Below the pieces are notes generated by a model that was given only the letters and a program-made list of their open reading frames with translations, was not told the DNA's origin and did not search any database. The position numbers and the translations under genes are program-made. Below are positions 12,001 through 25,799 of a stretch of 64,000 nt of DNA, in pieces. Each line of letters opens with the position of its first letter. Position 1 is the first letter of the stretch. Source of the DNA: Squalus acanthias (Eukaryota); contig JASTWF010000088.1 of NCBI GenBank assembly GCA_030390025.1, positions 1 through 64,000 on the forward strand, written 5' to 3'.

Positions 12001-15000
12001 AGGGACAGGTGAGACTGAGGGAGAGGCGAGAGTTAGAGAGAAGCGAGAGTGAGGGAGAGGCGAGGGTGAGAGAGAGGCGAGGGTGAGAGAGAGCCGGGAG
12101 TGAGGGAGAGGCGAGAGTGAGGGAGAGGGGAGAGTGAGGGAGAGGCGAGAGTGAGGGAGAGCCGAGAGTGAGGGAGAGGCGAGAGTGAGGGAGAGGTGGG
12201 AGTGAAGGAGAGGCGAGGGTCAGGGAGAGGCGAGAGTGAGGGAGAGGTGAGACTGAGGGAGAGGCGAGAGTGAGGGAGAGGCGACAGTGAGAGAGAGGCG
12301 AGAGTGAGAGAGAGGTGGGAGTGAGGGAGAGGTGAGAGTGAGGGAGAGGCGAGAGTGAGGGAGAGGCGACAGTGAGAGAGGGCCGAGAGTGAGAGAGAGG
12401 TGGGAGTGAGGGAGAGGCGGGTGTGGGAGAGGCGGTGTGAGGGAGAGGTGGGAGTGAGGGAGAGGCGAGAGTGAGGGTGAGGCGAGAGTGAGGGAGAGGC
12501 GAGAGTGAGGGAGAGGCGACAGTGAGAGAGAGGCGAGAGTGAGAGAGAGGTGGGAATGAGGGAGAGGTGAGAGTGAGGGAGAGGCGAGAGTGCGGGAGAG
12601 GCGACAGTGAGAGAGAGGCGAGAGTGAGGGAGAGGCGACAGTGAGAGAGGGCCGAGAGTGAGAGAGAGGAGGGAGTGAAGGAGAGGCGGGTGTGGTAGAG
12701 GCGGTGTGAGGGAGAGGTGGGGGTGAGGGAGAGGCGAGAGTGAGGGAGAGGCAGGAATGAGCAAGAGGCGGGGTGAGGGAGTAACGGGTTGAGCGAGAGG
12801 TCAGAGTTAGGGAGAGGCGGGGTCAGGGAGGTCAGAGTTAGGGTGAGGCGGGGTGAGGGAGGTCAGAGTTAGGGTGAGGCGGGGTGAGAGAGGTCAGAGT
12901 TAGGGACAGGCGGGGTGAGGGAGGTCAGAGTTAGGGAGAGGCGGGGTGAGGGAGGTCAGAGTTAGGGAGAGGCGGGGTGAGGGAGGTCAGAGTGACGGTG
13001 AGGCGGGGTGAGAGAGATCAGAGTTAGAGAGAGGCGGGTTGAGGAAGGTCAGAGTTAGGGAGAGGAGAGGTGAAGGAGGTCAGAGTTAGGGTGAGGCAGG
13101 GAGAGGGAGGTCAGAGTTAGGGAGAGGCGGGGTGAGGGAGGTCAGAGTGACGGTGAGGCGGGGTGAGAGAGGTCAGAGTTAGAGAGAGGCGGGTTGAGGA
13201 AGGTCAGAGTTAGGGAGTGGCGGGGTGAGGGAGGTCAGAGTTAGGGTGAGGCAGGGAGAGGGAGGTCAGAGTTCGGGAGTGGCGGGGTGAGAGAGGTCAC
13301 AGTTAGGGAGAGGCGGGGTGATGGAGGTCAGAGTTAGGGACAGGTGGTGTGAGGGAGGTCAGAGTTAGGATCAGGCGGGGTTGAGGAAGGTCAGAGTTAG
13401 GGAGAGGCGGGGTGAGGGAGGTCAGAGTTAGGGAGAGGCGAGAGTGAGGGAGAGGTGAGACTGAGGGAGAGGCGAGAGTTAGAGAGAAGCGAGAGTGAGG
13501 GAGAGGCGAGGGTGAGAGAGAGGCGAGGGTGAGAGAGAGCCGGGAGTGAGGGAGAGGCGAGAGTGAAGGAGAGGGGAGAGTGAGGGAGAGGCGATAGTGA
13601 GGGAAAGGCGAGAGTGAGGGAGAGGCGAGAGTGAGGGAGAGGTGGGAGTGAAGGAGAGGCGAGGGTCAGGGAGAGGCAAGAGTGAGGGAGAGGCAGGAGT
13701 GAGGGAGAGGCGAGAGTGAGGGAGAGGCGACAGTGAGAGAGGGCCGAGAGTGAGAGAGAGGGGGGAGTGAGGGAGAGGCGGGTGTGGGAGAGGCGGTGTG
13801 AGGGAGAGGTGGGGGTGAGGGAGAGGCGAGAGTGAGGGAGAGGCAGGAATGAGCAAGAGGCGGGGTGATGGAGTAACGGGTTGAGCGAGAGGTCAGAGTT
13901 AGGGACAGGCGGGGTCAGGGAGGTCAGAGGTAGAGACAGGCGGGGTGAGAGAGGTCAGAGTTAGGGAGTGGCGGGGTGAGGGAGGTCAGAGTTAGGGACA
14001 GGCGGGCTGAGGGAGGTCAGTGTTAGGGTGAAGCGGGGTGAGGGAGGTCAGAGTTAGGGTGAGGCGGGGTGAGGGAGGTCAGAGTTAGGGTGAGGCGGAG
14101 TGAGTGAGGTCAGAGTTAGAGTGAGGTGGGGTGAGAGTGGTCAGAGTTAGGGACAGGCGGGGTGAGGGAGGTCAGAGTTAGGGACAGGCGGGGTTGAGGA
14201 AGGTCAGAGTTAGGGAGAGGCGGGGTGAGGGAGGTCAGAGTTAGGGACAGGCAGGGTGACGGATGTCAGAGTTAGGATCAGGCGGGGTTGAGGAAGGTCA
14301 GAGTTAGGGAGAGGCGGGGTGAGGGAGGTCAGAGTTAGGGAGAGGCGGGGTGAGGGAGGTCAGAGTTAGGGTGAGGCGGGGTGAGAGAGGTCAGAGTTAG
14401 GGACAGGCGGGGTGAGGGAGGTCAGAGTTAGGGACAGGCAGGGTGAGAGAGGTCAGAGTTACGGAGAGGCGGGGTGAGGGAGGTCAGAGTTCGGGAGATG
14501 CGGGGTGAGAGAGGTCAGAGTTATGGTGAGGCAGTGTGAGGGAGGCCAGACTTAGGGAGAGGTGGGGTGAGGGAGGTCAGAGTTAGGGAGAGGCGGGGTG
14601 AGGGAGGTCAGAGTTAGGGAGAGGCGGGGTGAGGGAGGTCAGAGTTAAAGTGAGGCGGAGTGAGGGAGGTCAGAGTTAGGGTGAGGCGGGGTTAGAGAGG
14701 TCAGAGTTAGGTAGAGGCGGGGTGAGGAAATTCAGAGTTAGGGAGAGGCGGTGTGAGGGAGGTCAGAGTTAGAGAGAGGCGGGGTGAAGGAGGTCAGAGT
14801 CAGGGTGAGGCGGTGTGAGGGAGGTCAGAGTTAGGGAGAGGCGGGGTGAGGGAGGTCAGAGTTACGGTGAGGCGGGGTGAGAGAGGTCAGAGTTAGAGAG
14901 AGGCGGGTTGAGGAAGGTCAGAGTTAGGGAGAGGCGGGGTGAGGAAGGTCAGAGTTAGGGTGAGGCAGGGAGAGGGAGGTCAGAGTTAGGGAGTGGCGGG

Positions 15001-18000
15001 GTGAGAGAGGTCAGAGTTAGGGTGAGGCGGGGTGATGGAGGTCAGAGTTAGGGACAGGCGGTGTGAGGGAGGTCTGAGTTAGGATCAGGCGGGGTTGAGG
15101 AAGGTCAGAGTTAGGGAGAGGCGGGGTGAGGGAGGTCAGAGTTAGGGAGAGGCGAGAGTGAGGGAGAGGTGAGACTGAGGGAGAGGCGAGAGTTAGAGAG
15201 AAGCGAGAGTGAGGGAGAGGCAAGGGTGAGAGAGAGGTGAGGGTGAGAGAGAGCCGGGAGTGAGTGAGAGGCGAGAGTGAGGGAGAGGGGAGAGTGAGGG
15301 AGAGGCGAGAGTGAGGGAGAGGCGAGAGTGAGGGAGAGGCGAGAGTGAGGGAGAGGTGGGAGTGAAGGAGAGGAGAGGGTCAGGGAGAGGCGATAGTGAG
15401 GGAGAGGTGGGAGTGAGGGAGAGGCGAGAGTGAGGGAGAGGCGAGAGTGAGGGAGAGGCGAGAGTGAGGGACTGGCGAGAGTGAGGGAGAGGCGAGAGTG
15501 AGGAAAGGGCCAGAGTGAGGGACTGGCGAGAGTGGCGGGAGTGAAGCAGAGGCGGGTGTGGGAGTGAGCCGGGAGTGAGGGAGAGGTGGGAGTGAGGGTG
15601 AGGCGGAAGTGTGGGAGAGGCGGTGTGATGGAGAGGTGGGAGCGAGGGAGAGGCGAGGGTCAGGGAGAGGCATGAATAAGCTCGAGGCGGGGTGAGGGAG
15701 TAACGGGTTGAGGAAGAGGAGGGGTGAGAGAGTGGCGGGTGTGAGCGAGAGGTCAGAGTGAGGGAGGGGCGGGGTGAGGGAGGTCAGAGTTAGGGAGAGG
15801 CGGGGTGAGGGAGAGGCGAGAGTGAGGGTGAGGCGAGAGTGAGGGAGAGGCGAGAGTGAGGGAGAGGCGAGAGTGAGAGAGAGGCGAGAGTGAGGGAGAG
15901 GTGGGAGTGAGGGAGAGGTGAGACTGAGGGAGAGGCGAGAGTGCGGGAGAGGCTACAGTGAGAGAGAGGCGAGAGTGACGGAGAGGCGACAGTGAGAGAG
16001 GGCCGAGAGTGAGAGAGAGGTGGCAGTGAGGGAGAGGCGGGTGTTGGAGAGGCGGTGTGAGGGAGAGGTGGGGGTGAGGGAGAGGCGAGAGTGAGGGAGA
16101 GGCAGGAATGAGCAAGAGGCGGGGTGAGGGAGTAACGGGTTGAGCGAGAGGTCAGAGTTAGGGAGAGGCGGGGTCAGGGAGGTCAGGGTTAGAGACAGGC
16201 GGGGTGAGAGAGGTCAGAGTTAGGGAGTGGCGGGGTGAGGGAGGTCAGAGTTAGGGACAGGCGGGGTGAGGGAGGTCAGAGTTAGGGTGAGGTGGGGTGA
16301 GGGAGGTCAGAGTTAGGGTGAGGCGGGGTGAGGGAGGTCAGAGTTAGGGACAGGCGGGGTGAGAGAGGTCAGAGTTAGGGACAGGCAGGATGAGGGAGAT
16401 CAGAGTTAGGATCAGGCGGGGTTGAGGAAGGTCAGAGTTAGGGAGAGGCGGGGTGAGGGAGGTCAGAGTTTGGGACAGGCAGGGTGAGGGAGGTCAGAGT
16501 TAGGATCAGGCGGGGTTGAGGAAGGTCAGAGTTAGGGAGAGGCGGGGTGAGGGAGGTCAGAGTTAGGGTGAGGCGGGGTGAGGGAGGTCAGAGTTAGGGT
16601 GAGGCGGGGTGAGAGAGGTCAGAGTTAGGGACAGGCGGGGTGAGGGAGGTCAGAGTTAGGGAGAGGCGGGGTGAGGGAGGTCAGAGTTAGGGAGAGGCGG
16701 GGTGAGGGAGGTCAGAGTGACGGTGAGGCGGGGTGAGAGAGATCAGAGTTAGAGAGAGGCGGGTTGAGGAAGGTCAGAGTTAGGGAGAGGAGAGGTGAAG
16801 GAGGTCAGAGTTAGGGTGAGGCAGGGAGAGGGAGGTCAGAGTTAGGGAGAGGCGGGGTGAGGGAGGTCAGAGTGACGGTGAGGCGGGGTGAGAGAGGTCA
16901 GAGTTAGAGAGAGGCGGGTTGAGGAAGGTCAGAGTTAGGGAGTGGCGGGGTGAGGGAGGTCAGAGTTAGGGTGAGGCAGGGAGAGGGAGGTCAGAGTTCG
17001 GGAGTGGCGGGGTGAGAGAGGTCACAGTTAGGGAGAGGCGGGGTGATGGAGGTCAGAGTTAGGGACAGGTGGTGTGAGGGAGGTCAGAGTTAGGATCAGG
17101 CGGGGTTGAGGAAGGTCAGAGTTAGGGAGAGGCGGGGTGAGGGAGGTCAGAGTTAGGGAGAGGCGAGAGTGAGGGAGAGGTGAGACTGAGGGAGAGGCGA
17201 GAGTTAGAGAGAAGCGAGAGTGAGGGAGAGGCGAGGGTGAGAGAGAGGCGAGGGTGAGAGAGAGCCGGGAGTGAGGGAGAGGCGAGAGTGAAGGAGAGGG
17301 GAGAGTGAGGGAGAGGCGATAGTGAGGGAAAGGCGAGAGTGAGGGAGAGGCGAGAGTGAGGGAGAGGTGGGAGTGAAGGAGAGGCGAGGGTCAGGGAGAG
17401 GCAAGAGTGAGGGAGAGGCAGGAGTGAGGGAGAGGCGAGAGTGAGGGAGAGGCGAGAGTGAGGGAGAGGCGAGAGTGAGGGACTGACGAGAGTGAGGGAG
17501 AGGCGAGAGTGAGGGACAGGCGAGAGTGAGGGGCTGGCGAGAGTGGCGGGAGTGAAGGAGAGGCGGGTGTGGGAGTGAGCCGGGAGTGAGGGAGAGGTGG
17601 GAGTGAGGGTGAGGCGGGTGTGGGAGAGGCGCTGTGATGGAGAGGTGGGAGCGAGGGAGAGGCGAGGGTCAGGGAGAGGCATGAATAAGCTCGAGGTGGG
17701 GTGAGGGAGTAACTGGTTGAGGAAGAGGAGTGGTGAGAGAGTGGCGGGTGTGAGCGAGAGGTCAGAGTTAGGGAGGGGCGGAGTGAGGGAGGTCAGAGTT
17801 AGGGAGAGGCGGGGTGAGGGAGAGGTGGGAGTGAGGGAGAGGCGAGAGTGAGGGAGAGGCGAGAGTGAGGGAGAGGCGAGAGTGAGGGTAAGGCGGGAGT
17901 GAGGGAGAGGCGGGTGTGGGAGAGGCGGTGTGAGGGAGAGGAGGGATTGAGGGAGAGGCGAGAGTGAGGGTGAGGCGAGAGTGAGGGAGAGGCGAGAGTG

Positions 18001-21000
18001 AGGGTGAGGCGAGAGTGAGCGAGAGGTCAGAGTTAGGGAGAGGCGGGGTCAGGGAGGTCAGAGGTAGAGACAGGCGGGGTGAGAGAGGTCAGAGTTAGGG
18101 AGTGGCGGGGTGAGGGAGGTCAGAGTTAGGGACAGGCGGGGTGAGGGAGGTCAGTGTTAGGGTGAAGCGGGGTGAGGGAGGTCAGAGTTAGGGTGAGGCG
18201 GGGTGAGGGAGGTCAGAGTTAGGGTGAGGCGGAGTGAGTGAGGTCAGAGTTAGAGTGAGGTGGGGTGAGAGTGGTCAGAGTTAGGGACAGGTGGGGTGAG
18301 GGAGGTCAGAGTTAGGGACAGGCGGGGTGAGAGAGGTCAGAGTTAGGGACAGGCTGGGTGAGGGAGATCAGAGTTAGGATCAGGCGGGGTTGAGGAAGGT
18401 CAGAGTTTGGGAGAGGCGGGGTGAGGGAGGTCAGAGTTAGGGACAGGCAGGGTGACGGAGGTCAGAGTTAGGATCAGGCGAGGTTGAGGAAGGTCAGAGT
18501 TAGGGAGAGGCGGGGTGAGGGAGGTCAGAGTTAGGGAGAGGCGGGGTGAGGGAGGTCAGAGTTAGGGTGAGGCGGGGTGAGAGAGGTCAGAGTTAGGGAG
18601 AGGCGGGGTGAGGGAGGTCAGAGTTAGGGAGAGGCGGGGTGAGGGAGAGGTGGGAGTGAGGGAGAGGCGAGAGTGAGGGAGAGGCGAGATTGAGGGTAAG
18701 GCGGGAGTGAGGGAGAGGCGAGAGTGAGGGAGAGGCGAGAGTGCGGGAGAGGCGAGAGTGAGAGAGAGGTGGGAGTGAGGGAGAGGTGAGAGTGAGGGAG
18801 AGGCGAGAGTGAGGGAGAGGGGAGAGTGAGAGAGAGGTAGGAGTGAGGGAGAGGTGAGAGTGAGGGAGAGGCGAGAGTGCGGGAGAGGCGACAGTGAGAG
18901 AGAGGCGAGAGTGAGGGAGAGGCGACAGTGAGAGAGGGCCGAGAGTGAGAGAGAGGGGGGAGTGAGGGAGAGGCGGGTGTGGGAGAGGCGGTGTGAGGGA
19001 GAGGTGGGGGTGAGGGAGAGGCGAGAGTGAGGGAGAGGCAGGAATGAGCAAGAGGCGGGGTGATGGAGTAACGGGTTGAGCGAGAGGTCAGAGTTAGGGA
19101 CAGGCGGGGTCAGGGAGGTCAGAGGTAGAGACTGGCGGGGTGAGAGAGGTCAGAGTTAGGGAGTGGCGGGGTGAGGGAGGTCAGAGTTAGGGACAGGCGG
19201 GGTGAGGGAGGTCAGTGTTAGGGTGAAGCGGGGTGAGGGAGGTCAGAGTTAGGGTGAGGCGGGGTGAGGGAGGTCAGAGTTAGGGTGAGGCGGAGTGAGT
19301 GAGGTCAGAGTTAGAGTGAGGTGGGGTGAGAGTGGTCAGAGTTAGGGACAGGCGGGGTGAGGGAGGTCAGAGTTAGGGACAGGCGGGGTGAGAGAGGTCA
19401 GAGTTAGGGACAGGCAGGGTGAGGGAGATCAGAGTTAGGATCAGGCGGGGTTGAGGAAGGTCAGAGTTAGGGAGAGGCGGGGTGAGGGAGGTCAGAGTTA
19501 GGGACAGGCAGGGTGACGGAGGTCAGAGTTAGGATCAGGCGGGGTTGAGGAAGGTCAGAGTTAGGGAGAGGCGGGGTGAGGGAGGTCAGAGTTAGGGAGA
19601 GGCGGGGTGAGGGAGGTCAGAGTTAGGGTGAGGCGGGGTGAGAGAGGTCAGAGTTAGGGACAGGCGGGGTGAGGGAGGTCAGAGTTAGGGACAGGCAGGG
19701 TGAGAGAGGTCAGAGTTACGGAGAGGCGGGGTGAGGGAGGTCAGAGTTCGGGAGATGCGGGGTGAGAGAGGTCAGAGTTATGGTGAGGCAGTGTGAGGGA
19801 GGTCAGACTTAGGGAGAGGTGGGGTGAGGGAGGTCAGAGTTAGGGAGAGGCGGAGTGAGGGAGGTCAGAGTTAGGGAGAGGCGGGGTGAGGGAGGTCAGA
19901 GTTAAAGTGAGGCGGGGTGAGGGAGGTCAGAGTTAGGGTGAGGTGGGGTGAGGGAGGTCAGAGTTAGGTAGAGGCGGGGTGAGGGAGGTCAGAGTTAGGA
20001 TCAGGCGGGGTTGAGGAAGGTCAGAGTTAGGGAGAGGCGGGGTGAGGGAGGTCAGAGTTTGGGACAGGCGGGGTGAGGGAGGTCAGAGTTAGGATCAGGC
20101 GGGGTTGAGGAAGGTCAGAGTTAGGGAGAGGCGGGGTGAGGGAGGTCAGAGTTAGGGTGAGGCGGGGTGAGGGAGGTCAGAGTTAGGGTGAGGCGGGGTG
20201 AGAGAGGTCAGAGTTAGGGACAGGCGGGGTGAGGGAGGTCAGAGTTAGGGAGAGGCGGGGTGAGGGAGGTCAGAGTTAGGGAGAGGCGGGGTGAGGGAGG
20301 TCAGAGTGACGGTGAGGCGGGGTGAGAGAGATCAGAGTTAGAGAGAGGCGGGTTGAGGAAGGTCAGAGTTAGGGAGAGGAGAGGTGAAGGAGGTCAGAGT
20401 TAGGGTGAGGCAGGGAGAGGGAGGTCAGAGTTAGGGAGAGGCGGGGTGAGGGAGGTCAGACTGACGGTGAGGCGGGGTGAGAGAGGTCAGAGTTAGAGAG
20501 AGGCGGGTTGAGGAAGGTCAGAGTTAGGGAGTGGCGGGGTGAGGGAGGTCAGAGTTAGGGTGAGGCAGGGAGAGGGAGGTCAGAGTTCGGGAGTGGCGGG
20601 GTGAGAGAGGTCACAGTTAGGGAGAGGCGGGGTGATGGAGGTCAGAGTTAGGGACAGGTGGTGTGAGGGAGGTCAGAGTTAGGATCAGGCGGGGTTGAGG
20701 AAGGTCAGAGTTAGGGAGAGGCGGGTTGAGGGAGGTCAGAGTTAGGGAGAGGCGAGAGTGAGGGAGAGGTGAGACTGAGGGAGAGGCGAGAGTTAGAGAG
20801 AAGCGAGAGTGAGGGAGAGGCGAGGGTGAGAGAGAGGCGAGGGTGAGAGAGAGCCGGGAGTGAGGGAGAGGCGAGAGTGAGGGAGAGGGGAGAGTGAGGG
20901 AGAGGCGATAGTGAGGGAAAGGCGAGAGTGAGGGAGAGGCGAGAGTGAGGGAGAGGTGGGAGTGAAGGAGAGGCGAGGGTCAGGGAGAGGCAAGAGTGAG

Positions 21001-24000
21001 GGAGAGGCAGGAGTGAGGGAGAGGCGAGAGTGAGGGAGAGGCGAGAGTGAGGGAGAGGCGAGAGTGAGGGACTGACGAGAGTGAGGGAGAGGCGAGAGTG
21101 AGGAAGAGGCGAGAGTGAGGGGCTGGCGAGAGGGGCGGGAGTGAAGGAGAGGCGGGTGTGGGAGTGAGCCGGGAGTGAGGGAGAGGTGGGAGTGAGGGTG
21201 AGGTGGGTGTGGGAGAGGCGCTGTGATGGAGAGGTGGGAGCGAGGGAGAGGCGAGGGTCAGGGAGAGGCATGAATAAGCTCGAGGTGGGGTGAGGGAGTA
21301 ACTGGTTGAGGAAGAGGAGTGGTGAGAGAGTGGCGGGTGTGAGCGAGAGGTCAGAGTTAGGGAGGGGCGGAGTGAGGGAGGTCAGAGTTAGGGAGAGGCG
21401 GGGTGAGGGAGAGGTGGGAGTGAGGGAGAGGCGAGAGTGAGGGAGAGGCGAGAGTGAGGGAGAGGCGAGAGTGAGGGTAAGGCGGGAGTGAGGGAGAGTC
21501 GAGAGTGAGGGAGAGGCGAGATGCGGGAGAGGCGAGAGTGAGAGAGAGGTGGGAGTGAGGGAGAGGTGAGAGCGAGGGAGAGGCGAGAGTGAGGGTGAGG
21601 CGAGAGTGAGGGAGAGGCGAGAGTGAGGGAGAGGCGACAGTGAGAGAGAGGCAAGAGTGAGAGAGAGGTGGGAGTGAGGGAGAGGTGAGAGTGAGGGAGA
21701 GGAGAGAGTGAGGGAGAGGCGACAGTGAGAGAGAGGCGAGAGTGAGGGAGAGGTGACAGTGAGAGAGGGCCGAGAGCGAGAGAGAGGTGGGAGTGAGGGA
21801 GAGGCGGGTGTGGGAGAGGCGGTGTGAGGGAGGGGTGGGAGTGAGGGAGAGGCGAGAGTGAGGGTGAGGCGAGAGTGAGGGAGAGGCGAGAGTGAGGGAG
21901 AGGCGACAGTGAGAGGGAGGCGAGAGTGAGAGAGAGGTGGGAGTGAGGGAGAGGTGAGAGTGAGGGAGAGGCGAGAGTGCGGGAGAGGCGACAGTGAGAG
22001 AGAGGCGAGAGTGAGGGAGAGGCGACAGTGAGAGAGGGCCGAGACTGAGAGAGAGGTGGGAGTGAGGGAGAGGCGGGTGTGGGAGAGGCGGTGTGAGGGA
22101 GAGGTGGTGGTGAGGGAGAGGCGAGAGTGAGGGAGAGGCAGGAATGAGCAAGAGGCGGGGTGAGGGAGTAACGGGTTGAGCGAGAGGTCAGAGTTAGGGA
22201 GAGGCGGGGTCAGGGAGGTCAGAGTTAGAGACAGGCGGTGTGAGAGAGGTCAGAGTTAGGGAGTGGCGGGGTGAGGGAGGTCAGAGTTAGGGACAGGCGG
22301 GGTGAGGGAGGTCAGTGTTAGGGTGAAGAGGGGTGAGGGAGGTCAGAGTTAGGGTGAGGCGGGGTGAGGGAGGTCAGAGTTAGGGTGAGGCGGGGTGAGC
22401 GAGGTCAGAGTTAGGGACAGGCGGGGTGAGAGAGGTTAGAGTTAGAGACAGGCAGGGTGAGGGAGGTCAGAGTTAGGATCAGGCGGGGTTGAGGGAGGTC
22501 AGAGTTAGGGAGAGGCGGGGTGAGGGAGGTCAGAGTTAGGGTGAGGCGGGGTGAGAGAGGTCAGAGTTAGGGACAGGCGGGGTGAGGGAGGTCAGAGTTA
22601 GGGACAGGCAGGGCGAGAGAGGTCAGAGTTACAGAAAGGCGGGGTGAGGGAGGTCAGAGTTAGGGAGATGCGGGGTGAGAGAGGTCAGAGTTATGGTGAG
22701 GCGGGGTGAGAGAGGTCAGAGTTAGGGTGAGGCAGGGTGAGGGAGGTCAGAGTTAGGGAGAGGCGGGGTGAGGGAGGTCAGAGTTAGGGAGAGGCGGGGT
22801 GAGAGAGGTCAGAGTTAGGGACAGGCGGGGTGAGGGAGGTCAGAGTTAGGATCAGGCGGGGTTGAGGAAGGTCAGAGTTAGGGAGATGCGGGGTGAGGGA
22901 GGTCAGAGTTAGGGAGAGGCGGGGTGAGGGAGGTCAGAGTTAGGGTGAGGCGGGGTGAGAGAGGTCAGAGTTAGGGTGAGGCAGGGTGAGGGAGGTCAGA
23001 GTTAGGGAGAGGCGGGGTGAGGGAGGTCAGAGTTAGGGAGAGGTGGGGTGAGGGAGGTCAGAGTTAGGGAGAGGCGGGGTGAGGGAGGTCAGAGTTAAAG
23101 TGCGGCGGAGTGAGGGAGGTCAGAGTTAGGGTGAGGCGGGGTGATGGAGGTCAGAGTTAGGGACAGGCGGTGTGAGGGATGTCAGAGTTAGGATCAGGCG
23201 GTGTTGAGGAAGGTCAGAGTTAGGGAGAGGCGGCGTGAGGGAGGTCAGAGTTAGGGAGAGGCGAGAGTGAGGGAGAGGTGAGACTGAGGGAGAGGCGAGA
23301 GTGAGGGAGAGGCGACAGTGAGAGAGAGGCGAGAGTGAGAGAGAGGTGGGAGTGAGGGAGAGGTGAGAGTGAGGGAGAGGCGAGAGTGAGGGAGAGGCGA
23401 CAGTGAGAGAGGGCCGAGAGTGAGAGAGAGGTGGGAGTGAGGGAGAGGCGGGTGTGGGAGAGGCGGTGTGAGGGAGAGGTGGGAGTGAGGGAGAGGCGAG
23501 AGTGAGGGTGAGGCGAGAGTGAGGGAGAGGCGAGAGTGAGGGAGAGGCGACAGTGAGAGAGAGGCGAGAGTGAGAGAGAGGTGGGAATGAGGGAGAGGTG
23601 AGAGTGAGGGAGAGGCGAGAGTGCGGGAGAGGCGACAGTGAGAGAGAGGCGAGAGTGAGGGAGAGGCGACAGTGAGAGAGGGCCGAGAGTGAGAGAGAGG
23701 AGGGAGTGAAGGAGAGGCGGGTGTGGGAGAGGCGGTGTGAGGGAGAGGTGGGGGTAAGGGAGAGGCGAGAGTGAGGGAGAGGCAGGAATGAGCAAGAGGC
23801 GGGGTGAGGGAGTAACGGGTTGAGCGAGAGGTCAGAGTTAGGGAGAGGCGGGGTCAGGGAGGTCAGAGTTAGAGACAGGCGGGGTGAGAGAGGTCAGAGT
23901 TAGGGAGGGGCAGGGTGAGGGAGGTCAGAGTTAGGGACAGGCGGGGTGAGGGAGGTCAGAGTTCGGGTGAGGCGGGGTGAGGGAGGTCAGAGTTAGGGAC

Positions 24001-25627
24001 AGGCGGGGTGAGAGAGGTCAGAGTTAGGGACAGGCAGGGTGAGGGAGATCAGAGTTAGGATCAGGCGGGGTTGAGGAAGGTCAGAGTTAGGGAGAGGCGG
24101 GGTGAGGGAGGTCAGAGTTAGGGAGAGGCGGGGTGAGGGAGGTCAGAGTTAGGGTGAGGCGGGGTGAGAGAGGTCAGAGTTAGGGACAGGCGGGGTGAGG
24201 GAGGTCAGAGTTAGGGACAGGCAGGGTAAGAGAGGTCAGAGTTACGGAGAGGCGGGGTGAGGGAGGTCAGAGTTAGGGAGATGCGGGGTGAGAGAGGTCA
24301 GAGTTATGGTGAGGCGGGGTAAGAGAGGTCAGAGTTAGGGTGAGGCAGGTTGAGGGAGGTCTGAGTTAGGGAGAGGCGGGGTGAGGGAGGTCAGAGTTAG
24401 GGAGAGGCGGGGTGAGGGAGGTCAGAGTTAGGGAGAGGCGGGTTGAGGGAGGTCAGAGTTAAAGTGAGGCGGAGTGAGGGAGGTCAGAGTTAGGGTGAGG
24501 CGGGGTTAGAGAGGTCAGAGTTAGGGAGAGGTGGGGTGAGGGAGTTCAGAGTTTGGGTGAGGCGGGGTGAGAGAGGTCAGAGTTAGGGAGAGGCGGGGTG
24601 AGGAATTTCAGAGTTAGGGAGAGGCGGTGTGTGGGAGGTCAGAGTTAGAGAGAGGCGGGGTGAGGGAGGTCAGCGTCAGGGTGAGGCGGTGTGAGGGAGG
24701 TCAGAGTTAGGATCAGGCGGGGTTGAGGAAGGTCAGAGTTAGGGAGAGGGGGGGTGAGGGAGGTCAGAGTTAGGGAGAGGCGAGAGTGAGGGACAGGTGA
24801 GACTGAGGGAGAGGCGAGAGTTAGAGAGAAGCGAGAGTGAGGGAGAGGCGAGGGTGAGAGAGAGGCGAGGGTGAGAGAGAGCCGGGAGTGAGGGAGAGGC
24901 GAGAGTGAGGGAGAGGGGAGAGTGAGGGAGAGGCGAGAGTGAGGGAGAGCCGAGAGTGAGGGAGAGGCGAGAGTGAGGGAGAGGTGGGAGTGAAGGAGAG
25001 GCGAGGGTCAGGGAGAGGCGAGAGTGAGGGAGAGGTGAGACTGAGGGAGAGGCGAGAGTGAGGGAGAGGCGACAGTGAGAGAGAGGCGAGAGTGAGAGAG
25101 AGGTGGGAGTGAGGGAGAGGTGAGAGTGAGGGAGAGGCGAGAGTGAGGGAGAGGCGACAGTGAGAGAGGGCCGAGAGTGAGAGAGAGGTGGGAGTGAGGG
25201 AGAGGCGGGTGTGGGAGAGGCGGTGTGAGGGAGAGGTGGGAGTGAGGGAGAGGCGAGAGTGAGGGTGAGGCGAGAGTGAGGGAGAGGCGAGAGTGAGGGA
25301 GAGGCGACAGTGAGAGAGAGGCGAGAGTGAGAGAGAGGTGGGAATGAGGGAGAGGTGAGAGTGAGGGAGAGGCGAGAGTGCGGGAGAGGCGACAGTGAGA
25401 GAGAGGCGAGAGTGAGGGAGAGGCGACAGTGAGAGAGGGCCGAGAGTGAGAGAGAGGAGGGAGTGAAGGAGAGGCGGGTGTGGTAGAGGCGGTGTGAGGG
25501 AGAGGTGGGGGTGAGGGAGAGGCGAGAGTGAGGGAGAGGCAGGAATGAGCAAGAGGCGGGGTGAGGGAGTAACGGGTTGAGCGAGAGGTCAGAGTTAGGG
25601 AGAGGCGGGGTCAGGGAGGTCAGAGTT
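32..25627 (+). repeat. Higher-order tandem duplication within the satellite, unit ~12,788 bp (copy 1 ~32-12,835; copy 2 ~12,836-25,627)
   Basis: Identical ORF translations recur at a constant offset: 7923/20711, 8569/21357, 10432/23220 and 12033/24821 (all +12,788), and 4336/17122 (+12,786). Rare variant monomers recur in the same order. Confidence 0.92.
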
Positions 25628-25799
25628 AGAGACAGGCGGGGTGAGAGAGGTCAGAGTTAGGGAGGGGCGGGGTGAGGGAGGTCAGAGTTAGGGACAGGCG
25701 GGGTGAGGGAGGTCAGAGTTCGGGTGAGGCGGGGTGAGGGAGGTCAGAGTTAGGGACAGGCGGGGTGAGAGAGGTCAGAGTTAGGGACAGGCAGGGTGA

